The position numbers and the translations under genes are program-made. From a virus, in the UHGV virus genome UHGV-0202911: a stretch of DNA of 60,966 nucleotides. One strand, 5' to 3'. The notes under the pieces were generated by a model. That model saw only the letters and a list, made by a program, of their open reading frames with translations. It ran no database searches and was not told the DNA's origin. This document shows positions 1 to 9,275 of the stretch, in pieces. Numbering within the stretch: the first letter of the stretch is position 1; every line of letters starts with the position of its first letter.

Positions 1-39
1 GTGGGGCACGTCCCCCGTGATTCAGCATCACAGTTTTGC

Positions 40-71
40 GCCCCGGTAGGTTCGCTCCCTACCGGGGCAAC
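40..71 (+). terminator. GC-rich hairpin (gccccggtagg...ctaccggggc) followed by a T-run; would terminate the MuF operon if the genome is circular
   Basis: 11-bp inverted repeat seen directly, with TTTTT downstream. Confidence 0.35.
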
Positions 72-424
72 TGCGTTTTTAGAGGTTCAGCAAGCGAACC
101 ACCACAGCCGCAAGAACGCTCGCCAGCAAGCCAACGAGAACGTCCCGGAGGAAGCGTTTCATGGGGATACCCTCCTTTCGGGAGAGGTTGCCCCACATCC
201 CTATCCTACAAAATCACACCTCCATCCGCAATCAATATCCCCCCGTGTCAGACGATGCGGGGGATTTTTTTGTGCCTTTTCGTATTTCGTACCAACATCA
301 CGTTGTTTTTTCCTCTCCAGCCTCGTCTATTCTGAGCAGTTACGCGGCACGAACCGCAGCGGTGGCGTGAAGCCGAGGCAATGAATCCGGCGTGATGCCG
401 CAACAACGAACCGAGAAGGAAAAG

Positions 425-1252
425 ATGAAACTCAAGCTCGATGACAACGGCAATGCGGTTTTGCAGGAAGGTATCCCTGTATGGGTAGCCGATGACGGCA
501 AAGAAATCCCCTACAATGTCCCCGATCTCGTAGGCAAGCTGTCCGCTGTGAATGCGGAATCCGCCGGACGCCGTAAGGAACTGGATGACCTCAATGCCAA
601 GTTCAAGCTGTTTGAAGGGCTTGATCCGGAGAAGGCTAAGGCCGCCCTTGAAACCGTCGCCAACCTTGAAGCCGGGAAACTCATTGACGCCGGGAAGGTG
701 GAAGAGTTCAAGGCGCAGGTTGATCAGGGATGGAAAGTCAAGCTTGAAGATAAAGACAAGGCTCATGTGAAGGAAATTGAAAAACTCACAGAAGCCTTGG
801 ATAGCAAGAACGCGGCGATTCGTAACCTCGTTGTGCGGGGTGCTTTTGAAGCAAGTACCTTTTTGCGAGAAAAAACTACCCTTCCCGCTGACATGGCCTA
901 TGCCGCTTTCGGCAAACATTTCGAAGTGAAAGAAGAAAACGGCGAACTTAAAGCCGTGGCATCCCTCGACGGTCAGCCCATTTTCAGCCGTTCCAATCCG
1001 GGAACATTCGCTTCTCCGGAAGAGGCTATCGAAGCACTGATCGAAAAGTATCCCTACAAAGAACGCATTTTGCGGGACACCATGCCCGGCGGTTCCGGTG
1101 CGACCAAGCCTAGCTTTGTAAGTGCAGCTAAGAATCCGTGGGCAAAAGAAAGCTGGAACGTAGGGGAACAAATGAAACTTTTTAGCGTTAATCCGGCCCG
1201 CGCCAAAGCGTTGATGCAAGAAGCTGGCGTCCCGATTCCTGCGGGCCTCTAA
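425..1252 (+). CDS. phage head scaffolding protein
   Basis: Lys/Glu-rich coiled-coil protein immediately upstream of the major capsid gene; AAGGAA RBS before the ATG at 425 (the ORF track also offers GTG 392). Confidence 0.55.
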   Translation: MKLKLDDNGNAVLQEGIPVWVADDGKEIPYNVPDLVGKLSAVNAESAGRRKELDDLNAKFKLFEGLDPEKAKAALETVANLEAGKLIDAGKVEEFKAQVDQGWKVKLEDKDKAHVKEIEKLTEALDSKNAAIRNLVVRGAFEASTFLREKTTLPADMAYAAFGKHFEVKEENGELKAVASLDGQPIFSRSNPGTFASPEEAIEALIEKYPYKERILRDTMPGGSGATKPSFVSAAKNPWAKESWNVGEQMKLFSVNPARAKALMQEAGVPIPAGL

Positions 1253-1261
1253 GGAGTATTT

Positions 1262-2290
1262 ATGGCAGTTCAGAGCGGTTCTCAGGTTTCCACTCGTCTC
1301 TCCGATGTACCGATTGTACCGGAGATTGCGACCGCAGCCATCATTCTGCGTTCGCTTAACAGCAATGCGTTCGTCAATTCCGGGGTTATGATCCGTGACC
1401 CGGAAGCCGACGCCTTTTTGACCAACAACCTCGGCGGGAAAACTTTTGCGCCTCGCTATCTCGGCCCGCTTGCCGATGATGAGCCGAACATTTCCTCGGA
1501 TGACCCTTCCGAAAAGTCCACGCCCAAAAAGATTACGGGCGGGAAAAATAAGGCTGTCAGGCAAAGCCTCAACCAGTCGTGGTCTTCGATGGATTTGACC
1601 AATACCTATTTGGGGTTGGACATTACCACGGCGATCACCAATCAGATCGGCGATTACTGGAATACCCAAGAAAACAAAAGACTTTTGGCTTCTCTTAAAG
1701 GGATCATCGCCGCAGATTTGGCGACAGGTAGTCCCGTCATGACCGTAGACGTTACGGGGAAGACGGGCGCTGATGCCCTGTTCAATGCCGAAGCATTTAT
1801 CGATGCTCAAACCACGATGGGGGACATGGCGTCCTCTCTGACTGCTGTAGCCGTACACTCTACTGTGTACGCCACCATGAAAAAACTTAACCTGATTGAC
1901 TTCATCCCCGCTTCTGAGGGGAGGGTGGAAATTCCCACCTATCAAGGCCTTACTGTCATTCAGGATGACGCCATGACCTATGTTCCTGCGGTCACTGGCG
2001 ATTCTCCTTCTCCTGCTAAATATTACACCTACCTGTTCGGACGGGGCGCGGTAGCTCTCGGCGTGGGCACTCCGAAGACCCCCTTTGCTATCCATCGTGA
2101 TGAAGCTGCGGGCAATGGCGGCGGTGAAGAAATCGTTCATTCCCGCCTTGAATGGATCATCCACCCGCAGGGGTTCAGTTTCGGTCTGGAAGAGACGCCT
2201 ACCTTGGCGCAGCTTGAAACGGCAAGCAACTGGACTCGTCAGTATGAGCGCAAGCGCATTGCCCTTGCTGCCCTGATTACGCAGGGCTAG
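1262..2290 (+). CDS. major capsid protein
   Basis: 342 aa, strong RBS (AAGGAG), position after the scaffold gene, composition typical of capsid proteins. Confidence 0.6.
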   Translation: MAVQSGSQVSTRLSDVPIVPEIATAAIILRSLNSNAFVNSGVMIRDPEADAFLTNNLGGKTFAPRYLGPLADDEPNISSDDPSEKSTPKKITGGKNKAVRQSLNQSWSSMDLTNTYLGLDITTAITNQIGDYWNTQENKRLLASLKGIIAADLATGSPVMTVDVTGKTGADALFNAEAFIDAQTTMGDMASSLTAVAVHSTVYATMKKLNLIDFIPASEGRVEIPTYQGLTVIQDDAMTYVPAVTGDSPSPAKYYTYLFGRGAVALGVGTPKTPFAIHRDEAAGNGGGEEIVHSRLEWIIHPQGFSFGLEETPTLAQLETASNWTRQYERKRIALAALITQG

Positions 2291-2301
2291 GAGGCGTCTT
2301 T

Positions 2302-2532
2302 ATGGCGAAAGAAAAAGAATCCCCTGAGCAGCCTGTAGAGGAAAAGATTCCGCCTCAGCAAAGTAAGGAATCAGGTAAAGCCGAGCGCATGAGCGAAAGA
2401 ACACCCAACCAGCAAAATATGTATATTTCTGAACTGTTGCGGAAAAAGGCACAGGGTCAGAGCATGGATGCCTTGCGGGGTGAAAACCAAATGCTCAAAG
2501 CAAAGCTCAAAAGGCTTGAATCAGGACAATAA
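2302..2532 (+). CDS. small coiled-coil protein (possible head decoration or scaffold accessory)
   Basis: AGGAGG RBS; 76 aa; charged. Confidence 0.4.
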   Translation: MAKEKESPEQPVEEKIPPQQSKESGKAERMSERTPNQQNMYISELLRKKAQGQSMDALRGENQMLKAKLKRLESGQ

Positions 2533-2601
2533 GACATCAAGGTCACGAGCACAGGCCCACAGCAACAGCACTCCTTAACGCCTAGCGTCTGAGCTTGACC
2601 A

Positions 2602-2632
2602 CGGGCGGGGCACAGCCTCCCATGTCCCGCCC
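2602..2632 (+). terminator. stem-loop gggcggg...cccgccc after the capsid gene cluster
   Basis: 7-bp GC stem with a 15-nt loop; no clear U-run. Confidence 0.25.
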
Positions 2633-2662
2633 GGAATCAAGAACGGAACAAAGGACAAAGAT

Positions 2663-3031
2663 ATGTCGTATGAAACGGTTGAACTCAATGTCACGAAGCT
2701 TTCCGAGAACAAGTATCGGGACGGGAACAAGGTCTATATCGTCGCCAACTTGATTGAGCGGGCGAAAGAGCTTGAGCCGTTTGACTTGCCCCTGATTGCC
2801 CTCAACGCCAGTTCCAATGTTTGGCACCCCGTTTCTTGCGCGTATGACCTTGCCCGCAAGATGAAGCGAGTTCAGCAAGCCGATCTGAATTGTCCGATTA
2901 TCCTTGATGAATCAGGGTTCGTCATGGACGGATGGCATCGCATCGCAAAGGCTCTTTTTGAAGGCCGGGAAACCATCAAGGCGGTACGGTTTAAAGAAAC
3001 GCCCCCCTGTGACTATATAGAGGCGGAATAA
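2663..3031 (+). CDS. ParB-like nuclease domain protein
   Basis: motif ILDESGFVMDGWHRIAKAL resembles the ParB/Srx DGxHR catalytic motif. Confidence 0.4.
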   Translation: MSYETVELNVTKLSENKYRDGNKVYIVANLIERAKELEPFDLPLIALNASSNVWHPVSCAYDLARKMKRVQQADLNCPIILDESGFVMDGWHRIAKALFEGRETIKAVRFKETPPCDYIEAE

Positions 3032-3032
3032 T

Positions 3033-3599
3033 ATGTCCCTTATCGTTGAAGATGGAACCATGCCCGAAGGCGCAAATACCTACGCTTCAGTAGCAGATGC
3101 GGACGCTTATCTTTTATCCCGTGGTGTTTCTGATTGGGCCGCGCCGCCGTCTTCCGATCTGGAGCCAGATCCGCAGCTTTCAGCTAAAGAAGCCGCCCTC
3201 ATCCGTTCCGCCGATTACCTCAACGGTTTGAAGTGGAAAGGCGAAAAAATTGAGTACGATTGGCCTATGGCGTGGCCCCGCGCCGGAGTACCTACCGGAG
3301 TCAAGAACATTCACGGCGTGATGCAATTCGTCGCTTGTGACACTGTTCCCTCTGCGGTCAAGCGTGCCTGTATCGAACTTGCCGCGCTTTTCATTGCCGG
3401 GGAAGACCCGCTTGCACCCATCGAACGCGGTGGGCGTGTGGCGTCTGAAACCGTTGGGCCTATCTCTACCAGCTATTTTGACGATGCCGCTAGCGAAACC
3501 CTGTATCCTGCCGTTTCCGGCCTTGTATGGGCATTTTTGAGGGAAATTCCCGGTCAATCGGGGAGTATCTCCGGTTTTGCCGAAACGGGGAGGGCATAG
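3033..3599 (+). CDS. head-tail connector (gp6-like)
   Basis: size and position downstream of the capsid gene; N-terminal region typical of gp6/DnaT-like adaptors. Confidence 0.45.
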   Translation: MSLIVEDGTMPEGANTYASVADADAYLLSRGVSDWAAPPSSDLEPDPQLSAKEAALIRSADYLNGLKWKGEKIEYDWPMAWPRAGVPTGVKNIHGVMQFVACDTVPSAVKRACIELAALFIAGEDPLAPIERGGRVASETVGPISTSYFDDAASETLYPAVSGLVWAFLREIPGQSGSISGFAETGRA

Positions 3600-3600
3600 C

Positions 3601-4047
3601 ATGGGATCTTGCATCTACCATCCCGAACTATCACAAGTCCTTTCCCATACCCATATCCCGGTTGAAGGAGGCCCCAAGTACTGGACTGTCTACCTGTGGA
3701 CGAACGGTAAGGCGTTGCAAAAGGCGAGGGATTGCCACGGTGATAAGTGCTCAACCGCCGTCAAGGGACTCACGTGTCCCGAGTCCTTTACCCTGCGCCG
3801 GGATGGAACGGTGGATGCCTCTGATGAACTTGGGGAGATCCATTTCGCGGTGGGTGAATGGGATGAAGAGATTGTTTCCCATGAGTGCCAGCACGCCAGC
3901 CAGCAATGCCGCCGTGTTTTGCAGATAAACCCCGACGCCAGCGTCGATGAAGAGGAACGCCTGTGCTACCTGACAGGGAAGCTCACAAAAGCCGTGTACA
4001 GGTGGCTATGGAGGCTAGACCCTGATATGTGGTGGGTTTACCGATGA
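3601..4047 (+). CDS. hypothetical head-tail joining protein
   Basis: GGGGAGGG RBS; ATG at 3601 directly after the upstream stop. Confidence 0.4.
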   Translation: MGSCIYHPELSQVLSHTHIPVEGGPKYWTVYLWTNGKALQKARDCHGDKCSTAVKGLTCPESFTLRRDGTVDASDELGEIHFAVGEWDEEIVSHECQHASQQCRRVLQINPDASVDEEERLCYLTGKLTKAVYRWLWRLDPDMWWVYR

Positions 4048-4439
4048 ATCCTACAGCACTTGCCAAGAAAGCAGATAAGCAGTTCAGAAAAAATGGACAG
4101 GCCATGACCTTCATTCAAGAGAATGAGAGTGAACAGCCAAATCCAGACACGGGGCAACCCGAAGTCGAGACAATACCAACAGAGTTCTATGGGTTGTGGG
4201 ACACCATCTCTCTACAGGAGATTGGAACGCTCATTCAGGTTGGCGATGCCGTGATTTGGGCTGGAGGCTTGGCAATCCCCAAGCCTGACAATACCGACTG
4301 GATAGATGTTGACGGGGAAGCGTGGAATATCGTTGATGTAGAACCCACAAAACCGGGTTCTATCCCTATCGTGTACAAAATATATGTTCGGAGTGCGGGA
4401 AGTTCAAAGGGATATAAGCGATTAGGGAGAAAAGCCTAA
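4044..4439 (+). CDS. hypothetical head-closure or tail-joining protein
   Basis: ATGA stop-start overlap with the neighbouring gene; morphogenesis-operon context. Confidence 0.4.
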   Translation: MNPTALAKKADKQFRKNGQAMTFIQENESEQPNPDTGQPEVETIPTEFYGLWDTISLQEIGTLIQVGDAVIWAGGLAIPKPDNTDWIDVDGEAWNIVDVEPTKPGSIPIVYKIYVRSAGSSKGYKRLGRKA

Positions 4440-4951
4440 TGCCCGTTGAAGCCTACGAATACCGCATCCAAGAAATCCGTCGCAAGATCAAGGAACTTGA
4501 TTCCGTCATGACGGACGATGTGAACAAGTTTGAGAAGATATTACAGGAGCAAGTTCGGCTCACCATTGAGGGGGAAGCCCTCCTTATTGTCAAGAAAGTA
4601 ATTTCAGAAGTCTTTGTCCGCATCGTCATGCGAACGCCTGTCGATACGGGGCGGGCGAGGGCTTCATGGCAATTCGGCGTCGGAACGGCACCATCGGGGG
4701 TTGCTCCGGACAAAGAGTATCCCGAACTCAAAGATAAAGAAATTTCAGAAACTCAGGTGCGGGCGGCTGTCGCTTCTGCTCTTGAGGAAATATCGGTAGC
4801 TCCTGCATCTGTTTTGTTTATTTCAAACAATCTTGAGTATATCGAAGCGCTAGAGGCGGGATGGTCAAAGAAGCAGGCCCCTGCGGGCATGGTTTCGTTG
4901 ACTCTCAGAGAAATGACCCGGCAACTTGAACAGGAACTTGGAAAAGCATGA
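4439..4951 (+). CDS. HK97 gp10-family tail component
   Basis: motif TPVDTGRARASWQ is characteristic of the HK97 gp10 family. Confidence 0.6.
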   Translation: MPVEAYEYRIQEIRRKIKELDSVMTDDVNKFEKILQEQVRLTIEGEALLIVKKVISEVFVRIVMRTPVDTGRARASWQFGVGTAPSGVAPDKEYPELKDKEISETQVRAAVASALEEISVAPASVLFISNNLEYIEALEAGWSKKQAPAGMVSLTLREMTRQLEQELGKA

Positions 4952-5412
4952 TTAGGCTCGACCTCATACGGAAAGCTTTTGACAACGCCATGCTTGCGCA
5001 GATGAAGGAGCTTTTGCCGGGCACCCCGACACCGTTCGTTTGGTTGGGGCTTAACGTCTCATCAACGCCTGACTTGTCCAAGCTGCATATCATAACGGGT
5101 TTCAATCCGGGGGAATCCTCAACACAAGAACTCGGTGGCCCCGGTTCTCTCGCTATCCGCGACGGCGTGTACATCATCACGCAATCCCTACCGCAGGGAA
5201 TGAACGTTGATGAAGCGTGGAGAATTGCCAGTGGGCTAGAGAGCTATTTTTGGCAATTCATCAGGGAAACCCCCTTTTACACTGGCGAGTGTTGCGTATG
5301 GCTTGATGTGCCCTCTACCGCCAACAGGGGAACGGATCCCGATCAGGGACGTTACCTCATTTCTACAACCATTCCGTGGTATACCGCCTATTCGGGCGGT
5401 GCAAAGGAGTAA
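4948..5412 (+). CDS. tail terminator or tail completion protein
   Basis: position between the gp10-like gene and the major tail gene; 154 aa. Confidence 0.4.
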   Translation: MIRLDLIRKAFDNAMLAQMKELLPGTPTPFVWLGLNVSSTPDLSKLHIITGFNPGESSTQELGGPGSLAIRDGVYIITQSLPQGMNVDEAWRIASGLESYFWQFIRETPFYTGECCVWLDVPSTANRGTDPDQGRYLISTTIPWYTAYSGGAKE

Positions 5413-5415
5413 ACG

Positions 5416-6564
5416 ATGTCGCAGTACTGCCCCTCTGTGCAGAAATCGAACGTCCAACGGGCGTTTGCGATGATTGAGACGGTTCCGGGAGAGTTGGAAA
5501 AACCGACGGCTTCCGGTTTTGTGGCTCCGGCAGGCCGTGGTTCCATTTCTCAAGCCCCCACCTATACCGATTCCCCCGAACTCTCCAATACGCTTGACGT
5601 AGTGAGCCAGTCCAGAGACGCCATGCCGCCCGGCGATTGGTCTTTACCGATGGTGGCGCGGCTTGCTGCCAATGCCGGAGCACCACAGGGCGACGCAATG
5701 TTTCATGCGGCACTTGGCAAGCTTGATACTTCGGTATCCGGCAAGCGCGCCTATAAATTGGATACCTGCCGCCCCACGCTTTCCCTCTGGCTTCAGAATG
5801 ACGAAACCGTACAGTTTATGAGCGGCTGTACCGTGGAGTCCTTGGAATGGGCCGTAGACCGTGACGGATTGACCATCTTTACTTTCTCCGGTCGTGGAAG
5901 AAGGGCGGGGATTGTTGGCGTTGGGGAACTGGCGGAAGCCCCTACTTCCGCTACCGTCAAGCTTGAAACAGGCCAATCGATGGCTTTTTCCATCGGGGGC
6001 TATATCACCAACAGAACCAAACAAGACGGAACAGAGTACCAAATCACCGCCATTGATACGGCTACGGATACTATCGTCCTTGATAGTGCCCCTGCGGAGT
6101 GGGTTGCTGGTGAAGAGATTGGTCCGTGGCTTCCTGCGGCTGACTCCATCGGTAAAGAGGTCGAAAACAATAGCGTCATTTTGCTTATCGACGATGTAGA
6201 AGGGAAAATGCGCCCTTCTACCTTTACCGCGTCCCTTCCGACACAATTCCTTGAAGAGATCGGGGATCAATATCCCGGGGAAAGCGCCGACAACAAACGC
6301 TCCATCACGATGGACATGAGCGTCTATTTCCGCCGTGCCGAGGCTGTACGGTTTGGGCAGGCTCTTGAGGGCAAGACCCTCTCTGTAAAGCTCAAGGCGA
6401 GAAACGAGAATGGCAGTATCGAAGTTGCCATGCCCCGCGTTCGCATTTCTTCGCCTACCATTGGGGAAGACGACGCCGTTTTGACCCTCGACAGTTCGGG
6501 TACGGCTTTGGGGCTTACGGGCGAAGACTCTTTTACCATCACTATTACCAAGGCGGGCATCTAA
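5416..6564 (+). CDS. major tail protein with a C-terminal Ig-like region
   Basis: 382 aa immediately upstream of the chaperone G/GT pair. Confidence 0.5.
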   Translation: MSQYCPSVQKSNVQRAFAMIETVPGELEKPTASGFVAPAGRGSISQAPTYTDSPELSNTLDVVSQSRDAMPPGDWSLPMVARLAANAGAPQGDAMFHAALGKLDTSVSGKRAYKLDTCRPTLSLWLQNDETVQFMSGCTVESLEWAVDRDGLTIFTFSGRGRRAGIVGVGELAEAPTSATVKLETGQSMAFSIGGYITNRTKQDGTEYQITAIDTATDTIVLDSAPAEWVAGEEIGPWLPAADSIGKEVENNSVILLIDDVEGKMRPSTFTASLPTQFLEEIGDQYPGESADNKRSITMDMSVYFRRAEAVRFGQALEGKTLSVKLKARNENGSIEVAMPRVRISSPTIGEDDAVLTLDSSGTALGLTGEDSFTITITKAGI

Positions 6565-6929
6565 TGGCTCTTACTGTGCTCACGAAAAAGTTTGCTTCCC
6601 GTACTTTCAGGCTCGATCTTACCGCTGACGGTTCAGCTTATTTTGTCTGCAAGCCCATTGTTGGCTCAAAGCAGAACGAAATCGCTAAAAAGGTCATGGC
6701 TGAATACGCTTTTGACGCACAGATTGCAGCATTCAAGATACTTCCTGCACTGCTTGAGGCCCATATTGTCGGATGGGAAGGACTGCAAGATGTTTCAGGG
6801 TCTCCAATCCCGTATTCCAAGGAAATGCTTTTGGAAATGTGCGAATATGATTATGAATTTATGGAAGCACAGTTGAACCGCATTCGCCGCATTGCCCGAG
6901 AAGGGCGGTTGGAAGAAGAAAAAAACTGA
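6564..6929 (+). CDS. tail assembly chaperone G
   Basis: 121 aa acidic protein ending at a slippery site. Confidence 0.6.
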   Translation: MALTVLTKKFASRTFRLDLTADGSAYFVCKPIVGSKQNEIAKKVMAEYAFDAQIAAFKILPALLEAHIVGWEGLQDVSGSPIPYSKEMLLEMCEYDYEFMEAQLNRIRRIAREGRLEEEKN

Positions 6930-7273
6930 CGGAGTGGGCCGCGTGGCAATTTGCCGAGCGGCCCACGTGTGACGAATGCCGATGGATTTATAAGGAAAAA
7001 CAGGATTGTTCATCCTGTACCCGTTTTCAACCGCTTTCCCCACGTTCTGAAATCGCCGTGGAACGGTGGGCATTTCTTCGCCAACACGGTGCGGGTATAG
7101 ACACATGGGCGGGAATCCCGCTTCATATCAGGTATGAAGCTCTCCGCGCCGAGTGTGACCATTTCGCTGATTCAGAAGAACTTCTTTGGCGTATTTCCCT
7201 GTTGGACAGGCTGTTTCTGGAAGAACAGGCGAAAAAACGCGAAAAAGAAGAGAAAAAGAAGTCCAAAAAATAA
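6564..7273 (+). CDS. tail assembly chaperone GT fusion, made by a -1 frameshift at 6920..6926
   Basis: the -1 frame stays open from 6857 to 7273; slippery heptamer A_AAA_AAC sits in-frame at the last sense codons; a downstream hairpin is present. Confidence 0.55.
6920..6963 (+). promoter_or_regulatory. programmed -1 ribosomal frameshift signal (slippery A AAA AAC with a stimulatory stem-loop gggccgc...gcggccc)
   Basis: heptamer in the correct frame; 7-bp GC stem about 8 nt downstream. Confidence 0.55.
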
Positions 7274-7324
7274 GGGGGAGTTGGTAGCTCCCCCTCGACC
7301 CGGCGTAGCAGCGCCGGATCACGG

Positions 7325-7366
7325 CCCTATACGGGAATCGCGGCCCCCGTATAGGGTATCCGCGAT
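7325..7366 (+). other. interleaved inverted repeats forming a putative H-type RNA pseudoknot
   Basis: stem A ccctatacggg (7325-35) pairs with cccgtataggg (7346-56); stem B atcgcgg (7337-43) pairs with ccgcgat (7360-66). Confidence 0.35.
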
Positions 7367-7408
7367 CCCTGTCTAACTTGGGAGTGCGGTTAGGGGTATG
7401 ATTATCAT

Positions 7409-7648
7409 ATGCCGCGTCCCCTCCAGATTTGTCCTGTTTGCGACACCTATTCTCTCCGTTGTTCCGAAACTCGTCCTGATGAGACGTATCTAGGGCATTA
7501 TCTTGAAGCCCCACGGCGTTCGATATGGATATGTCGAACCTGCGGGGCTCGTTTTGTGCTTGATACCCCGGAAGGAAAGTTGACCAGAGTTCAGGACAGC
7601 CCGTCTTATTCTTACAGAAACACCTATCCATGTACTATGGATAGGTAA
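7409..7648 (+). CDS. small zinc-ribbon protein
   Basis: CxxC ... CxxC pairing; 79 aa. Confidence 0.35.
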   Translation: MPRPLQICPVCDTYSLRCSETRPDETYLGHYLEAPRRSIWICRTCGARFVLDTPEGKLTRVQDSPSYSYRNTYPCTMDR

Positions 7649-7725
7649 GTAATTATCCATAGTTGAATCATCATGCCTCCAGAAGTTCCGGCATCCCGCC
7701 GGGCAAAAACTTTTGGAGGTTTCTT

Positions 7726-8562
7726 ATGGGTATGGACGGTCTCGTTCCTACTTTTTCCGTCAATGGCGACGGGAACGGCTACAATGGCGGAGGTTGGGGT
7801 GATGCGGTAGGCGCGTTCGCTGGCGCATTGATCGGTTCTTGGTGGGGCAACGGTTGGGGCGGTGGCTTCGGCAATGGCGGCGGGAACGGCGGTTGCTGTG
7901 GTTCCGCCCCCTCCGCCCCCTCGGTGGTCATTGCTGGCGGTGCTGGTGGGTGTGGTTCTACTGCGGAACTTGACGCTTTGACGGGCCTTCAGGCCAGCGT
8001 CAACAGCCTTGGCCTCCAGTCACTTCAAGGCCAGAACACGACCAATATGGCGATGTGTCAGGGATTCTCTGGCGTGGTTGCGGCTGACAATGCCAACACC
8101 GCCAGCCTGATGAACGCCACCACACAGGGCTTTGCGGGCCTGAACACCGCCATCATGACGGGTGATCAGGGGATTCAGCAATCCCTGTGTCAGGGCTTCA
8201 ACGGTCTGAATACCGCCGTGCTGGTCAGCTCCAAAGACGCCGCTCTCCAGAATTGCCAGTCCACCAATCAGCTGACCAACGCCATCGATTCGTGTTGCTG
8301 CACGACCCAACGCACCATTGCAGCGGAAGGTTCGGCTACTCGCGCTCTCGTGTCTCAGCTCGACCGTGAACGTCTCCTGACGCAAATCTGCGATCTCAAG
8401 AGCGAAAATTCCAGCCTGAAGAACCAGAACTTCACGACCGCCGCCATTTCCGCGTTGGGCTCTCAGCTCCGTACCGAAATGCAGCAGAACACCCTGAACA
8501 TCATCGGGCACATGGCGGTTATCCCGCGTCCCACTTCCGGCACTGCTACGGCTGCGGCCTAA
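7726..8562 (+). CDS. Gly/Trp-rich, Cys-containing repeat protein
   Basis: GGAGG RBS; N-terminus GNGYNGGGWGD...WWGNGWGGGFGNGGGNGG; three repeats of about 22 aa containing QGFxGLNTA; C-terminal coiled coil. Confidence 0.5.
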   Translation: MGMDGLVPTFSVNGDGNGYNGGGWGDAVGAFAGALIGSWWGNGWGGGFGNGGGNGGCCGSAPSAPSVVIAGGAGGCGSTAELDALTGLQASVNSLGLQSLQGQNTTNMAMCQGFSGVVAADNANTASLMNATTQGFAGLNTAIMTGDQGIQQSLCQGFNGLNTAVLVSSKDAALQNCQSTNQLTNAIDSCCCTTQRTIAAEGSATRALVSQLDRERLLTQICDLKSENSSLKNQNFTTAAISALGSQLRTEMQQNTLNIIGHMAVIPRPTSGTATAAA

Positions 8563-8575
8563 AGGGGGGTGACCT

Positions 8576-8935
8576 ATGGCTATGCGCTATATGATGGGTT
8601 CGGAACGTGGTGACGGCTACAGCCGTAGCGGGAGCCGTTCTTCCCACGGTGGCGAGTATGGCGGGGGCCGCTATGAAGCGCGCCGCCTTCCCCCGCGCAA
8701 CCGTTACGGGGAGTTCCGCCGCCGTCGCAGCCGCCGGGAATACAATGACGGCATGGGCCGTTATGAGTTCGGTGACGACTACGAAAATCGCCATTACCGC
8801 GAAGACGACTGGGATCGCTACGGTTACGACGAGCGCCGGGAGCCGTACTTTGAAGATGAAGAACGCGAACGCCGTCGCGAACGTCACCGCCGTATGATGG
8901 ATGAATACGGGGATGACGGCGACGGCTATGACTAG
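8576..8935 (+). CDS. Arg/Asp/Glu/Tyr-rich low-complexity protein, probably intrinsically disordered
   Basis: GGGGGTG RBS; 119 aa with repeated RY, GY and DY dipeptides. Confidence 0.45.
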   Translation: MAMRYMMGSERGDGYSRSGSRSSHGGEYGGGRYEARRLPPRNRYGEFRRRRSRREYNDGMGRYEFGDDYENRHYREDDWDRYGYDERREPYFEDEERERRRERHRRMMDEYGDDGDGYD

Positions 8936-9036
8936 ATGAGGCTCAAGGACATCAAGAAGACCTTGAAGAACCTGACCAAGGATCTCGGAGCGGCGGTGAT
9001 TATCTACGGGAAACGCTGATTTTTGAACAGCATACC

Positions 9037-9273
9037 GTGGATAACCCACCCCCGACATGGCCGCCTTATCTAGCGAAGGGCGAATATTGGGGCATCGTTG
9101 AAATGGAATACGGGGAAGCGAAGAAGGCCGTAGAAGGCTTCAAAAACGGCTCCATGTCCATCTGCGATGCCATCAAGGAACTTGGGCACGTCGCTTCTGC
9201 GGCGGCTCAGGCCCGCGCCCATCTGATGAAACTCTCTGAAATGCAAGACCTTCCTGAAAAGGTAAAGGTGTAA
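9037..9273 (+). CDS. hypothetical protein
   Basis: 78-aa ORF in the same orientation within an operon. Confidence 0.3.
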   Translation: MDNPPPTWPPYLAKGEYWGIVEMEYGEAKKAVEGFKNGSMSICDAIKELGHVASAAAQARAHLMKLSEMQDLPEKVKV

Positions 9274-9275
9274 AT

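Noticed and set aside
248-2164. 638-aa minus-strand ORF
   Set aside because: It lies antisense to two well-supported genes (scaffold and major capsid) that have RBSs. Its composition is the Arg/Gly-rich type typical of antisense frames in GC-rich DNA.
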